This document shows, piece after piece, positions 13,591 to 27,560 of a stretch of DNA of 64,000 nucleotides. Origin of the DNA: Vicugna vicugna (Eukaryota). The notes beneath the pieces were generated by a model. That model saw only the letters and a program-made list of their open reading frames with translations, searched no databases and was not told the DNA's origin. Both the position numbers and the translations under genes were made by a program. The stretch's first letter is position 1, and each line of letters starts with the position of its first letter. The stretch lies in NCBI GenBank assembly GCA_013265495.1, contig MU058815.1, positions 318,523 through 382,522 on the forward strand. The letters are read 5' to 3'.

Positions 13591-16356
13591 GGGGGCTGGA
13601 GGGAGTGAGGAGAAAGGGCAGGAGAGAGGTCGAAGGAAGGAGACCGCTGGACAAACAGGGCAACACCCACATCCTCTCAGAGGGACAGGGACACGGATGG
13701 ACACACACAGAGTTGGAGACATGAATATACACCAGGTGCACACACCTGGGACAGACATAAGGCGAGCGCACGTGAATAAGTCGCTGCAGAATGGTGTTCA
13801 CACCCCGTGAGCTGAGGAAGACTGACCGCCTCCCTGTCACCTTCAGTAGGAACAACAGCCATGGACAGTCCGGCCAGACACTGGCCGCCGGCTGCAACGC
13901 TCCACCCCCGCCGAAACGCAGGTCGCCAGCAGCCACCCCGAGAGAGTGGGAGGGGCCCTGCAGGGACACTGAGAAGGAGAAACAGAGAGGAAGGCTTGAA
14001 GGCAGAACCGGGCCTCACTGCTCCTGGAAGTGAGCTACACCCCGGTCCTCCCTGGGGGTGGGCACGCGCACGAGGTCCCGTGCCAACAGTCAGCCCTGGA
14101 CAGCACAGCTGCGCACGCCTTGAAATCTCTCATCTGTAGGTTGCGCTTTCTCCCAGCACCATTCAGTTTGTCCAGATTCCAGATAGCCAAGCAGGCGTCG
14201 CAGGTTCCAGGCCGGCAGGGGGACGAAGGATGCTCAGTGAAGGGCCCGCACGCTGAGACTGGCCGGGGCTCAGAGCCCAGAAACCCATGTTAGTTCTGTC
14301 CAGAGGAAGGGGGCCACATTTTTGGCCTTCTACTCACTGCCTGGGGGAGCCCCAGGTTTCCATGACAAGCCAGGGGACAAGAAGGGAGGTGTAGGGGCCC
14401 AGGTCCACGGCTCAAGCCTGGACCCAGTTCCCAGCCAGACTTAACGCTAACTGTATCTGCAGCTGGGATGCTGTTTTCAAGTCTACCCGTCAGCCTTGGG
14501 GACTCTCACTCTCCAGTAAACTCCAGGAGACAATCACACACACACCCAGGAGGCCCAGAATAAACCAGAAACACACCCAGCGTCTATGCAAATTGATTCC
14601 TGCATCGGACCAGACTCGAGACCCAGCACCCAATAATCAGACAGCAGGCATCGTCTCCCAGCCAGCACGGTGACCTCTGCTGATGGCTTTGTTTCCTCTG
14701 TCCCAAGAAATTTTAGTTCGGCCACCACATGTCACAAATAGCAGGGGACAGCCTGGTGAGGAAGGCATCGATTCCTGCCCTGTCATTTAGAGTGCCCTTG
14801 AGATCACCTCTAATTGCAACACAGCCTCAAGAGGGGAGACTCAGGAATTCCCCTTCTGGTTTCGGGGGTGGAGGGGAGTGGCCCTTCTCCTAAGACAGGA
14901 GACACAAGCAAGCGGGTCTATTTTTGGCGGCCACAGGAGGAGCGAGACCAGCACCGCCCGCCCGGGCTCCCAGCAATGGCCCTCTTCCCACAGACATTCC
15001 AAAGTAGTGATTTTACAAAATCTGAGATGTTACATGTGCATTTAAAATACAGCCTTGGAACAAAAGAGCAAATGGTTTCTAGGCCAAATGCACCCTTTTG
15101 TAAGTGTAATAAAATAGTGTGTCTAATGTAGCAAAGAACACAAAAATTCTGTTCAGTATCACTATAGCCAGAGTCCCAAGGCGGACTTCAGTCCTCAGGA
15201 TGACAGTGCTTTGGCGTAGGAAACTTCAGGCCGGCTTTTCAGCTGTAAATCAGTGTCCTTTGAATTCATTTTCTTCTTCTATGCAGGCTCTTTTTTTGCT
15301 CTGGGATCTCTCTCCCTTTAGCAATACCAACCACCAATTCTATGTTAAGTGCTCCGTCCTGGCCCAGGGCATCGGAACCCAAATGCTTTCTACGCTTGAA
15401 ACTAATTTCTCAGATCCCGTTTGGCTCAGTAACAGACTGGCCCGCTGGCCATATTTGCCTGCCTGCGATTTTACAGACGCGTGGGCATCATAAATGGGAA
15501 CTGGATTAAAGAAACAGCTCCTACAGTCCATTCAGCTATTATTACTATTTATATATGATTTAAGCCAAATGTGGGCAAGCAGTAACACCCCCTGAAGCTC
15601 TTCAAACAAAAAAGCGCTTGGAAAAGTAAGTCTGGCACTGCCAGGCCAGTTCCTTCCGTCACGGAGAGGATGAGGAGGAGGCCAGGGGAGCACAGAGGGA
15701 CAGTGGAGTGAGTCCTCTTTTGTGCAGAAGCCATAACCCACAAGGAAGTAAAATCGTACTGCAGGGCCAGAGAACTGAGTGGCTAGGGAGTAACTGAGGC
15801 CCCTGAGGCTCCCTGAGGGCTGTTCAGAGCATCCTGTCCCGAGGGGCTGCTGAGGTCTCGGTGCCTGGAAACTGATGGACGCGCTGACAAGCGTAATTGT
15901 GATGATGACAAAAGACCTCAGCGTCCAGCCACTACCTCCTAGGCAAGTGCCAGGAGCCAAGCCCTTCCACCCTCGGGTGGCTGGGGGTGAGACGGGGCCC
16001 AGAGCACCCCCCGACCCCAAAAGGATGGTGACGTGCCACCCAGTCCGGGTCTGTCTTCCCGCCAAGCCGAGCACAGACCCCTGCACTCACCACACTACAC
16101 GACCCCACCCTGACACCACGGAAAATGGACTCCGCTTGCTGTGGATCTCCGCTTCCTTTAGTACCGCCTCTGTGCACGCGTGCACACACGCTCACGTACA
16201 CGCATGGGTGCTCACACACATGCACACCTGCTTGACTGGTTAACTTCTGCATTTGGTATTTCTGTGCCCTGGAGAGGTCCAAGGCAAGCTTCCAAACTCT
16301 AACTGAAACTCCCCCCTGCACTGCACTGCACACACACAGACATGCACGTGGGTTTT

Positions 16357-17002
16357 GTGGTGGTTGTTTTGTTTTGTTTTATTTGTAATTGAAGTCTAGT
16401 TGATTTACAATGTTGTGTTAGTTTCTGGTATACAGCACAGTGATTCAATTTGTGTGTGTGTATAGATATATATTCTTTTTCACTATAGGTTATTACAAGC
16501 TTGAATAGAGTTCCCTGTGCTGTACAGTAGGACCTGGCTTATCTATTCTGTATATACAAGTTTGTATCTGCTAATCCCAAACTCCTAATTTATCCCTCCC
16601 TCCATTTCCCCTTTGGTAACCAGAAGTTTGTTTTCTATCTCTGTGAGTCTCCTTCTGTTTTGTAAGTAACTTTTTTTAGATTCCACATATAAGTGATGTC
16701 ATATAATATTTGTCTTTCTCTGTCTGATTTATTTCACTTAGTATGATCATCTCTAGGTCCAACCACATTGCGGCAAATGTCATTGTTTCATTCTTTTTCA
16801 TGGCTGAGTACTATTCCACTGTATATATATCACATCTTCTTTATCCAGTCATCTCTCGATGGACATTTAGGTTGCTTCCATGTCCTGGCTATTGTAAATA
16901 GTGGTGCTATGAACACTGGGGGGCATACGCCTTTTCAAATTAAGAGTTTTCTCTGGATGTATGCCTCGGATCATTTGGTAACTCTATTTTTAGTTTTTTA
17001 GA
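16357..17002 (-). mobile_element. 5'-truncated young L1 3' end
   Basis: aattgaagtctagttgatttacaatgttgtg...ggacatttaggttgcttccatgtcctggctattgtaaatagtg; short TSD gggtttt at 16350-16356 and 17003-17009. Confidence 0.92.
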
Positions 17003-17716
17003 GGGTTTTAACACAATCACAAGTAGGTTAACAGTCACAAGACAATCGAATTCCAACTAAGCAGAGGACATAAGAAAGCATCCTGTTCTGGGCTTGAGAA
17101 GTTACTCCAAGCCCAAACAGGAGGTCAGAGAATCCCGCCTAAGGCACTGAAGCTGATGTTTGGAGCTTGCGGCTAGATGGGAATAAAATTTCTATGACCA
17201 TTCAGTCCACGGTCATTTCAGCCACTTGATCAGCAAATGCATCTTCCATCCAAGTGAACCGTGAGTCCTGCAGCTGCTTCTGCTTCCCTGAGGGCAGCTG
17301 TGAACATCTGGCTTAGAGAACAGTGGTAGCCGGTGCAGTGGTCTCATCCCACTCGGCCTCTGCAGACCCGCAGCCCGGGCCACAAGGAGGCCCCTGCTCC
17401 GCCGGGGTTGCAGGGGAGAGGTCTGCACATCTAAACACAGCACCACAGCATGTTTTCCCAAGGGAATATGAACATCTGCAGAATGATTGCAGGCTGGATT
17501 TGAGGCTGTCGCAGTGGTGTGTCCACTTCTGCTCCCCTGGCCACGCCTCCCTCCTAATGGCCCTCCCACCCCCTCTCCATCATCCTCCAGAAATGAAAGA
17601 TCTTACAGGGAGTAAATCAGGTGACACCACGTCCCAGGTCTTTCCAGGGCAGAGGGAGGCTCTTACGATGAAACAGAGCTTTCTCCTGCCACCTAGAGAG
17701 CCGTGAACGCTCCCCT

Positions 17717-17920
17717 AGGGCTGCCTGACAAAACTTCCTGGGACGATGGAATGTTCCATATCTCTGCTGCCCATAGTGGTGGCTTCTCGTCACAGGTGGC
17801 CACTGAGCACTTGAGATATAGCTAGTAAGACCAAGGACCTGGATTCTTAACTTCACTTAATTTTAATCAACGTAAATTTAAAGACCTACACGTGGCTGAT
17901 GGCCACGGGACTGGACCCAA
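17717..17920. mobile_element. MER3-like hAT-Charlie MITE
   Basis: aaaacttcctgggacgatggaatgttccatatct...gtggccactgagcacttgagatatagctagt...ttaattttaat. Confidence 0.7.
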
Positions 17921-18906
17921 TAACCTCTAGCCTCGGCCACCCCAGCCCAGGAGCTGCCACCTTCTCTCAGCCACCCCACGGCAGCGAGTCCTCTTGGCCT
18001 CGGGGTCTTTGCCCAGGCCTCCACTTTGACCCCAGACACAACCTCCTCCCACCCTCTCTTAGCGAGTATCAGCTCCCCAGATCCCAGGGTCACAATCTGT
18101 CCCCAAACCAAGACACTTCTTCCTTTCCTCCCAGCTGCCCGCGACCTCGTCCCTCCCTTCAGGCTACTCACCAGAACGCCCGGTTTCATAACTTGAGAGT
18201 TTTCCCTTACGAAGCCGAATCCCCAGCCAAGTAAATGCTAAGAGGCAGAGACCACACACTTGTTGGATCCCCAGTGTGTGTGCCGGGTCCGGAGGGGCAG
18301 TCAGGAAAGACGTGTGGCCGCCTGGACTGCGGGCGCAGTCATGCTGGTGAGAAATGACTTCAGAACCCAACCATCACAAACCATCTTTCTTCCTAAGAAA
18401 CGTTTCCAGAGGGCCCAGCGTCGTACACAAGCTTCCGGAGCCCAGGCCTTGGCTGCCACAGGGACAGGCTCTCCCGTCCAGGCAGCCAGGCTGCGGGGGG
18501 GTCCATGGGAGCAAGCTGACTTGTGCATTTACTGCATAGCATACTGCAGGGAAAGATCCTTCTCAGGGAGCCTCCACTCACCGGGCACAACCAACAGCAG
18601 GTAGATCCACCCGCCCTTGATGTAAGCGACTATTCTGAGGCCAGAGGGGAGCTTCAGCTCCCTGTGGGACCCCACGAGGCCCTTTCGGGACACAGGGGGA
18701 CATCTGGCCATCTTGGCCGCGACTGGTGGATTTGAGTCATCACTGCTCAGTGCCCAGAAGACCTGGCCTTGGACACGCGGCAGTGAACACACTCCTGGGA
18801 GGGCACACGGACTCTCAACATGCAGGGGGCTGAGAAACTATTGTGGATTTCGGGGCTCTGAATCATGCTTCAAAATCAAAATACAGTGCCTGTTCTGATA
18901 GATAAT

Positions 18907-19113
18907 TGTTATACACTGAATTGTGCTGTGTCCCCATCCCATTCACGTGTGGAAGCCCTGACCCCGGGTGAGGTCAGGAGCTGGAGCCTTTGGGAAGTAA
19001 CCAGGGTAAGATGAGGTCATGAGGGTGGGGCCCCCAGGAAGGGATCTGTGTCTTTTTAAGACTGGAAGAGACCAGAGCTCGCTCGCTCTCTGTCCAATAG
19101 AGGACACGGTGAG
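18907..19113 (+). mobile_element. MaLR LTR 5' part (MLT1A-like)
   Basis: tgttatacactgaattgtg...gcctttgggaagtaaccagggtaagatgaggtcatgagggtgggcccc. Confidence 0.75.
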
Positions 19114-19671
19114 ATTGCACTGCATGATGGAGACAGAAGATGAAGCCAAAAAAGGCCCCATTTCCTCAAATAACGGGGCGGCATCACAGGAAATGGGATC
19201 TGTTGACTCTACAAATCTAAGACGCCTCAGAAGTACGCCAGGTGAGCAGGGACCTGACAATGACCTCTGGGAAACGCTGGAGGGACAAGACAAAGGACCT
19301 GCTCTTTGGTGACCCGGTGGAGAAGAACCACCCGCCCGCCTGAGATGTCCATCCAGTCAGGACAACTACATCTCGAGAATAACCCAGAGGACGGCCGCTT
19401 GTCAGCAGGAGACTTCGTGGCCAAGCCAGGAGTCCAGCTCCCAAGGCTCCGCTCAGGCGCACGGAGCTCCCCCAGAGCCCTTCCCTCCCTCCGGTGGCCA
19501 TCTGTCTACCCCTGCCCTCCATCAACGGGGCGGCGCTGGACCACGGGGCACCCCAGCCATCAGTTTCGGCAGGCCGAGCCTTGAGAGGATCGGCACGGGG
19601 AGCCCCTCGACTTGGTACTCTCAGAAAGCACCTTCCAACACGTGCATTCTAAGAGCACGGTCACCATTTAC

Positions 19672-19749
19672 CTTTCAGAGTGGGAATAGGGCCGTCATGT
19701 CCGTCCAGCTGTCCCAGGGGGTCACTGGGGTCCGGAACCTCCACTTGCC
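19672..19749 (-). CDS. ROR2: ROR2 coding exon 2 (78 nt, phase 1-1): (G)[25 protein letters not shown](G)
   Basis: Acceptor tctttgtttttccccccag, donor AAAG|gtaaat; resembles recalled human [27 protein letters not shown]; not recovered by the ORF track. Confidence 0.95.
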
Positions 19750-20679
19750 CTGGGGGGAAAAACAAAGACACACATCAGTGAGATTTCCCTTCCTGGCCTT
19801 GTCTTTGCTTCTCGTGCAAAGACCATAGTGTTTGAGCAAAGCTGCCCACTGTGTATAGAAAACCTAGAGGGACTGGGCATCTCGGTCACTTCCAAAGGGC
19901 TTCTGTAGCACCAGATCTGAGAGAACAGCAAAAGTGACTTTGGTACTTATCCCAAGAATGGCAAATCTTGGCTCATCCCAGGAAGCAGGTGCTTTGCAGC
20001 ATGTCCGGAGGAAGCGAACATGTGGCTGAAGCCCTCGGCTTCATCCAGGGAGGGAGGGAGAGATGGTGACACGGGCTGGCAAAATGAAACCCTCCTGGGG
20101 CCAGAGTCAGCAGAGTGCCCTCCAGATAGAAGCCCCTGGTAATTCTGAGTAAATTCAGAATTGGAGCGTTTCTTCAGCAGCTCATTTCCTTCCAGGCCCC
20201 CAGGCCCACGGGCGGCCAGCAGCCAAGGATGAATTTACTCGTAACTATAAGGACAGAAGTTTCCCATCTTTATGGAAATCGCAACCCCGCCCATCACAGG
20301 CTGTGTCAGCGGAGCAGCCACCCCCAGAGTCATAAACACCGAGGGCAAGAGCAGCTCTGGTCGGCTCAGGCGGAAACACGGCACAAAGTCATGGGGGAGT
20401 GCCGGGGGAAGGATGGGCGGGTGACAGATGACCTAGAAGCCGTGTGGGGCCTCACAGACCCTTCTCCGTACGCCAGCGCGGTGTTCTTTCAAAACTTTCA
20501 CCCGGTATCCTTGGCCCTGACTGGGTCCCAGTGGTTGGAGGTAGGGGGCGGGGTAGAAATGGAGAGTCAGGGGTGACTGACGGCACATCTGGATGGATCT
20601 GGATTTACATCATCCAAGTCGGTTTACTGCATCCAAGTCTATCCAAGAGTGGGACACACTGACAGTGCAGGGACACATT

Positions 20680-21015
20680 TTAGGGAGAAGGAAATCCCGA
20701 CCCACGCTGCAGCGTGGGCGAAACCTGAAGACGTTAAGCTGAGGGGAACATCAGACACAGAAAAACAAATACCACACGATTCAGGAGCTCCCTAGAGCAG
20801 TCAGCTTCACAGACGGACAGTAGGATGGTGGGTGACAGTGGGCCAGGGGGTGGGGGAGAATGAGGAATTCGTGTTTAATAAGGCCAGAGCTTCATTTTGG
20901 GAAGAGGAGGAAGTTCCGGGTGTGCAACAATGTGAATGTATTAGACGCAGCTGACTCGTGCACTTGAAAAATGGGTAAGATGACGAATTTTATGTTCGGT
21001 GTATTTACTAGTTTT
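20680..21015 (+). mobile_element. L1MB-like 3' UTR fragment
   Basis: gaaggaaatcccgacccacgctgcagcgtgggcgaaacctgaagac...aatgtgaatgta...aattttatgttcggtgtatttact. Confidence 0.75.
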
Positions 21016-22849
21016 TTTTTTAATTTATTAAGGGTAGTTTATAATTCAATACTGGGTCACGCCACTTGTCTCTCTTAAATGAGGCACAAGCACGAACAAA
21101 TCACGCAGGCACCTCAAAAACCCTCTTAAGACAAAGCCTTGCTCAAAAAAGCTGAGGTCTAGAAGTGGAATCCAAGTGGTTTTCAGACAGAACCAGACAC
21201 ACAAGATTCTTCAGAGTATTTAGCTACACACACCACTGGCCGGCTGACGCTTAAGGGCACCCGTGTGTCTAAGCTGATCCTCTCTACACCGCTGGTTCCT
21301 AAACGACAGGACACGGGAGGTGACATGTCAGCTTACAGCGCCCTCAGAATTCAGCCCCAGTTCCCAAGCAGCAGACAGGGGCGACTGCTTCTGAATGGGT
21401 TCATCACAGCCAGTTATGGGAGAGTCCTCCTTTCTGTCACTTCTGGTCCAAACTTACCCACCTGTCAGAAGCCAGGCTCCCGTGCCATCTCTCATAAAAC
21501 ATCCCTGGTGAACCCCTCAGAAGCAGCATCTTTACTCCCTGCAGCCAGCCCCCCCGAACTGCACACCTCTCCTGCGGCAATCCCACCGAGCCCTTAACTG
21601 ATACTGCCTTTATTTTAACGTTCCTCAGTGGCCTGGGAACAGCTGGAGGACATCCGGTGCTGCATCTCCAGAGAGGACCAGAGGGCCTGGCACTGAAACC
21701 GAGACAGGACCCCAGGGCTGTTACGGGACAGAGATGGCACAAGCCAGGCGGGCTGGGCCATCAACACCGTTCAGCCTGGGTTTGACGTTTTCAATTGGCA
21801 TGTCACACACACCGTCACTCAGCACTGTTTAAATGTAGGGAGACCACAGGAAATCAAACACACTTGTACTGTATACACACATCTGAAGAGGCATAAAACT
21901 TATTAACCGCTTAGAAATTGACAAATGGTGTGAAACAGTCAAATAAATACACACCCCGAAGAAAAATAAGCACTATTTGCCCGATTCCACTGTGGAAAAG
22001 ATTCCTGAGTCCTCCGAGGCAGACTGCAGTTTGGGAGCGTTAAGTATTTTCCTGTGCATCCGCGTCAGGGTGTGGACAAGCATGCTCTTCGCAGGAGAAG
22101 AGTCGGAGGCGAACTAAATGCTTCTGTCGACTCATAAGCCGACGTCACCCCCATACAGACGTGCAAAGTCACTGCTGACTTTAGAAATGCTCCCTGAATA
22201 CGCTGTGCTCATCAGTACAGAGGCTGGGGTGTGACTGTCCCCTTCCTTCAGCCTTAAGCGTTACTCTAGGAAATTTAGTTTGGCTATTTGAGCAAGAGAG
22301 TGTTGTCTACATATTTGGAAAAATGGGTACGTTTCCAGCAGTCCAGCAGGCTCAGAGCAGAGACCCCAAGCTTTGGGACTTGGATGTGAACGTGTGCAGA
22401 GGCTGAGAGCCAGCCCCTTCCCCCTGCAAGTTGAAACGCGCGAATACATTCACGACATCCAATCGCCAAGGTCCCTAGGACTGACACCACACGTTTCAGC
22501 AAAAACTAGGTCCTGTTGTTGCTTCCTGAGAAATAAGGCACCATTTACTTTCTGGAGCTCACGGCTGTCATTCAAGACGCTGCACCTCCTGAAATTTATA
22601 AGCAAAATGTAACGGGGGAAAATGCAAACCTGGGGACAAAGTGAGAACACAAGAGATTTCAGCAAGATTTCTCCTGGCCCTAAAAGGGCCACAGACAATC
22701 CAGAAGAAGAAGTGAAACAAACACACAACAGAACCAACAGAAACTGCCACCCGCACGTCAGAATGGCCCTCCTAGTTATCTGCAATTACATGGGTGGTTC
22801 ACATGCCCTCTCTTGTTTTTCAACATCTCTACAATGAATAAGCATCAGA

Positions 22850-23095
22850 TTTTTGATTGACATAATTCAGATGCCATACAATTGAGCACTTTAAAGTGCT
22901 GTGGGTTTTAGTATAGTCACAAGGTTCTAAATCCGCAGTATTTCATCTCCCCCAAAACACACCCTGTTCCTGTCGGAAGTCTCCCCAGTCCCACCTCCCT
23001 CAGACCCTGTGACCACTCACCTGCTTGCTGTCTCTATGGATTCACCTGTTTGGGACACTTTTTATATAAATGGAATCATATAATATGTGACCTTT
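22850..23095 (-). mobile_element. L1M 3' UTR fragment
   Basis: gacataattcagatgccatacaatt...tgtctctatggattcacctgtttgggacactttttatataaatggaatcata. Confidence 0.7.
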
Positions 23096-23928
23096 GGATC
23101 AAACATCAATTTTGTTAGATTTTTTAAAATTTCACACCCGAAAAGAAAACAGGGAGAAAGCCGGGGAGAAGCACACTGCATTATGTGATGAGCAAAGGTC
23201 ACTAGATGCTAACTCAGCACGTCAGACCACTGCCCAGCCCTGGGGCAGGGGGCTCCGGCTGCCCAAGGAGACAGGATGCGGGGGAGGGGGTGGTGCGCAC
23301 AAGGGAGACGCGGCGATGACTAAAGGATGCAAGACACGGCGAGCTCCTGAGAAGCTAGAGCGACCAGGATTACTGATCCCAAACTGCGATGGTTTAGCAG
23401 CTGAAAGGCTCACCTGGGGAGAGACCAGCTCACGTCCGCATTCCTGCTGCAGAAAGACATGGCTCGTGGCAAAGACCAAGGAAGATTCCACCGCCGTGAG
23501 TTTAGGGGCCACCAAAATGAATGCAGCGTCAGGAACTCTGCCATCTCCCCGACTAGCACGTTCTTCCGCAGGTCGCCAGGGCTGGGCGAACGGCCTTTAA
23601 TCCACACGCCCCGCCCACCCGCGCCCCACCTCGGCGCTCACCGCCAGGCCAGTTCACTCAGGCTGCTCCGAGGCGGTGTGAGCCCCTAACGTATCCCACG
23701 TGGCTGCCCTGAGAGCATCTTCACACCAGCGCCCACCTGGGTGGGGCTGGTACCCGCACCCTCGCGGGCTGCCTGGAGATGGGGAGGACCTGAAGGGAGG
23801 AGAGGTTCCGGGAAGACCTGGCTGTCCTCACTCCTCAGGCCTTAACTATCTTCTTCCCAAAAGCAACAATACAGCTCAGAGCACATCACACATCCTTCAT
23901 TTGGGTTAAAGTACTGACAGCTTTGCTT

Positions 23929-24137
23929 TTTTTTTTTTTTCAAAACTGTTGTGGCTTTTCTAGTTCTTTCTTTTCTGTATAAATTTTATCTTTTTTCGTT
24001 GAAAATTTTTTTGTGGGGGAGTAATTAGGTTTATTTCTTTGTTTGTTTGTTTATTTAATGGAAGTACTGGGAATTGAACCCAGGACCTCATGCATGTTAG
24101 GCACGCACTCTACCACTGAGCTGTACCCTCCCTGCCA
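23929..24137 (-). mobile_element. tRNA-Ala-derived SINE (Vic-1 type) with extended A-rich tail
   Basis: Minus strand GGGAGGGTACAGCTCAGTGGTAGAGTGCGTGCCTAACATGCATGAGGTCCTGGGTTCAATTCCCAGTAC; perfect TSD acagctttgctt at 23917-23928 and 24138-24149. Confidence 0.92.
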
Positions 24138-24231
24138 ACAGCTTTGCTTCTAATGCCACACGCATCCGCCAAGAGCGTGAACCGACAACACTCTCGCTCT
24201 CTCCACTGGATATCGGTGATTGTCTCTGTAA

Positions 24232-24236
24232 ACACA

Positions 24237-24294
<58 letters not shown>
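24232..24294. repeat. (CA)n microsatellite
   Basis: About 30 CA units with one interruption. Confidence 0.95.
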
Positions 24295-24296
<2 letters not shown>

Positions 24297-24504
24297 GACG
24301 ATGCAGAGCCAGCGGAGAACTCAAACCTTCGGTAGCAACAATCAGGTCATGGTGATTTATTAGCTCCTTATTAGATTTTTTTGATATTTATAGAGAGGAA
24401 AACATTTTATTCAAAAAAAATGTAAGCGTGGTTGGTTGCAACGCAAATGATACGTTAACTGCATAGTTTGATCCATCTCACAATTTCAATTTAAAGCCTA
24501 GAGA

Positions 24505-24760
24505 CTAACTACAAATGCGGTAACCACGGTGGGATCCTAGAATAGAAAAGAGGTATCAGGGAAAGGCTAAAGAAAGACATGAACAGTGTGGATTTTGGTA
24601 ATGAATAACGTACCGATGTTGGCACCTTCGCGGTGATAAATTCGTACTTAGGTAAGATTGAACCCGAACAGGAAACGGAGTGGGGTGTATTTGGAACCTC
24701 CACCATCTTCACTTTCCTACAAATCTCAAACTATTCTGAAGTAGAAAGCTTACTGAATAA
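24505..24760 (+). mobile_element. L1MC/L1MD-like 3' UTR fragment
   Basis: gtgggatcctagaatagaaaagaggtatcagggaaa...aaatctcaaactattctgaagtagaaagctt. Confidence 0.65.
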
Positions 24761-27288
24761 CAGTCACACATTCTGCCCCCTTAGCTAAGCCCTTAACCAA
24801 GGCTCACGAGTAAAGAATTACAGGAAAGATCCATCTCCAAACAGCCCTGATGGGTGGGTGCTGACCACGTGAACAGAAAACCACCCGGACGCACGGGATC
24901 TGATGTAGATTATTCAAAGACTCAACAGCCTGCCAGAGAATGCACAGAAATAAAATCCCTTTGGAGAATGTCGGGGTTTGAGCTGAATTTCACGTTAATT
25001 GTCACAGCATGGGAGACATCAGTGCCTAAGCTGGTACTGAGCGTGCATGTGGAGCAGCACCGATCAGCATCCTGTATATTCAGGGCCGAATGACAGGATG
25101 AAAGGACGCACTGTTGATGCCGACGGGCTTGTTAAGGAGTCAGGGTTTCCCACAGCCGCGCCGAAGCCAGGGGTGGACGCCGTCTCCCAAAGCGTGCAAA
25201 TTCTGAGTAATCAGAAACCGTGACCCAGTCAAACAAGATGTTCTGCAGACCTTCCCTCAACATGGGTCTCGAATTTGACATCTTGATTTAAGGCACCGAT
25301 AAGATAAAAGAAATTTACATCCGCAAAGTACGAGTGGGTCTGTTCGGATGTCCAGGCTCCTTCTCCGGGATTAAAACACAGCTCTTTCATTAAGAGCAGA
25401 GACGGTATTAAGAGAGAATTTACTAATGAAGTTCAACCCATGCCCTTGGATTTGAGCGCAACGTGCGACTCTGCTTTTGATCTGTGTTTCTCCTAAAAAT
25501 GTTTTGTGATTCAGACTGTTCATCCATCCAGCTCTACCTGCTGATCTGAAGCAGTACCTTTGTCGTGACTTAATTAGATGCAGTCACTGGCGTATCTGGA
25601 CCACTTCAAAGCAGCCTCCTTTTCATTCACCAGAGCTTGGCATTCTTGGATTTGGTCGCCCCTTAACGAAGGTCTGATTTCCAAAATATGAGAAAGAACA
25701 ACAGCCAGGGCACATGGGAGAAAAGACCACAGCCTGGACGAGAGATCGTGAGGCTGGCCAGGAGCCTCCGGAAAGACGGGCATGGATTTTCTGACGAGCT
25801 GGGCTGCGTGAAGACGCAGCACATCCACTGGCAACTGGAAACGTCTGCCACGTGTCACCGAGCTCAGCAACATGTCAAATCAAAAACATCCGTGATGCTG
25901 GAAATGCAGCAGTTAAGGAGAACAAGGAGTCGCAGGAAAGGAGCGGAGTAGAAAGCCCTAAGTGGGGAGTCCATTAGCCTGGGAACTGGGCCAGAGGACG
26001 TATGTCGATAGTAAAGCGACTTGATGATGTTTCTGGGAACGCGCGTAGGACAACGTTGCACCGGGCGCCTGAACTGCCAGAGAGAAAGCCACACAGTGTC
26101 CGTTCAACGTGGGCTGCTAGCCCCCAACTGGCAGCAGCCCTCACAGTTTGTAACTTTTCATTTCATTATTTCTGACTTTGAGTTGAGTAAACATTAGCCT
26201 CTGGTTCTACCTTCCTGACCCAACTCTGCTCTGGAAATAGGACGTAAAGGCCAGCGACCAGAAAATGGAGTCACTCGTGTCTCTCGCCAAGGTAAACTTC
26301 GCTTTGATTCCACGTCTGCCGCAAAGATATCAAACCCCAGGTGAGTCCAGGCCCAGGCCCAGGCCTGTCTCCCTGCAATACTGCCATCGTAACGCCTTTT
26401 CTACCCGCCTCCATCACTGACAGCCCTCAGAGCCCCCAACAAAGGCCCCGGTGTCAGGGGCCGAGAGAAGAGCTGGCTGAAGGTGGAGTGAGGCCACTCA
26501 GGAGGCTGAATTAGGGCTTTTCATCAACCTTCTCTCTTTCCCAGCACCTACAGCCCCTGGCTTGGTGGAGGGGGACCAGGCAGAGCTGGGAGGCTGGGAG
26601 CCCCCATCCACAGCAGACGCGCTGGAGGGGGAGGGGGCGAGACCCTGACACCCGTCACTGTGACGCGAGTCCTGGGGCCTGATTCCCCGGTCGGGCCCGC
26701 TTGTTACTGCAGCAAAACCAGCAGAAGAGGAGCGAGCTGAAGCGCTGGGTGGGCACTCTGAGCTCATGCAGTTTCCACTTGGCTTCACAGAAGAGTCTTT
26801 GGAGTATCAATTATTCCCATGCACGCAGGAATCACTTTTTCACTTTGAATCTCTGGAAGGTTTTTAATTAAAGGTGAGGAGGGAGAAGATATTTTTTTAA
26901 AAAACCAACCCTTATAAGAAAAAAAACAAAAAAAAACCAAAAAACAAGTGTGTGTTGTCCCATGATGATGCTGTAAGTTACTTTCTGTTTGTTTAAGGGA
27001 GAGTTTTTATATCATCAGCTGCAGCAGCCTTGGAAGTCAGAGTTGACTGGAGAAATCTTAGGGTGGAGTGAACGAGGTCCAGAGGGAAGGGGTTCAGAAG
27101 GTTTGGAGCGGCCTCTCTCAACCAGGAACCTGCATGACCAGACGTTGGGCTCATCCCCAGAGCAGGTCGACCAGCTGGCGTATTTGAAAGCTGAAGATCT
27201 GTTGAGTTTGCGGGAACGTGCAAAGATACACATCTGTTATCATCAAAGGTGGCGACACTGGTTTGGTTTGGTTTTTTAAAGGGGCAGC

Positions 27289-27560
27289 TTCCACAGCAGT
27301 TCTGGAGCCGGAAATCCAAGACCGAAGGGTTGGCAGGCCCGTGTCTCCGGCAGCCTCTCTCCTCGGCCAGGTTCTCGCTGTGTCCTCGCGCTGTCCTCCC
27401 TCGGCGAGGAGACACCCGTCCCAGTGCACTGGGGCCCACCCGAGTGCCCGCAGCTTCCTTACTTCCACAAAGACGCCGTCTCCAAAGCAGGTCACGCTCT
27501 GCGATACTGGGGGTCTGGACTCCATTATGTCTATCTTAGGGGGACTCGATTCAGCCCGTA
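27289..27560 (-). mobile_element. MaLR LTR fragment (MLT1B-like)
   Basis: cagttctggagccggaaatccaagacc...gtctccaaagcaggtcacgctctgcgatactggggg. Confidence 0.65.

Noticed and set aside
19019..19312. ORF containing MMETEDEAKKGPISSNNGAASQEMGSVDST as a processed-pseudogene fragment
   Set aside because: No protein I recognise, begins inside an MLT LTR, no tail or TSD; a BLASTX would settle it
26245..26450. Possible ERV1 LTR start (aaaatggagtcactcgtg)
   Set aside because: Too short and degenerate to delimit or assign
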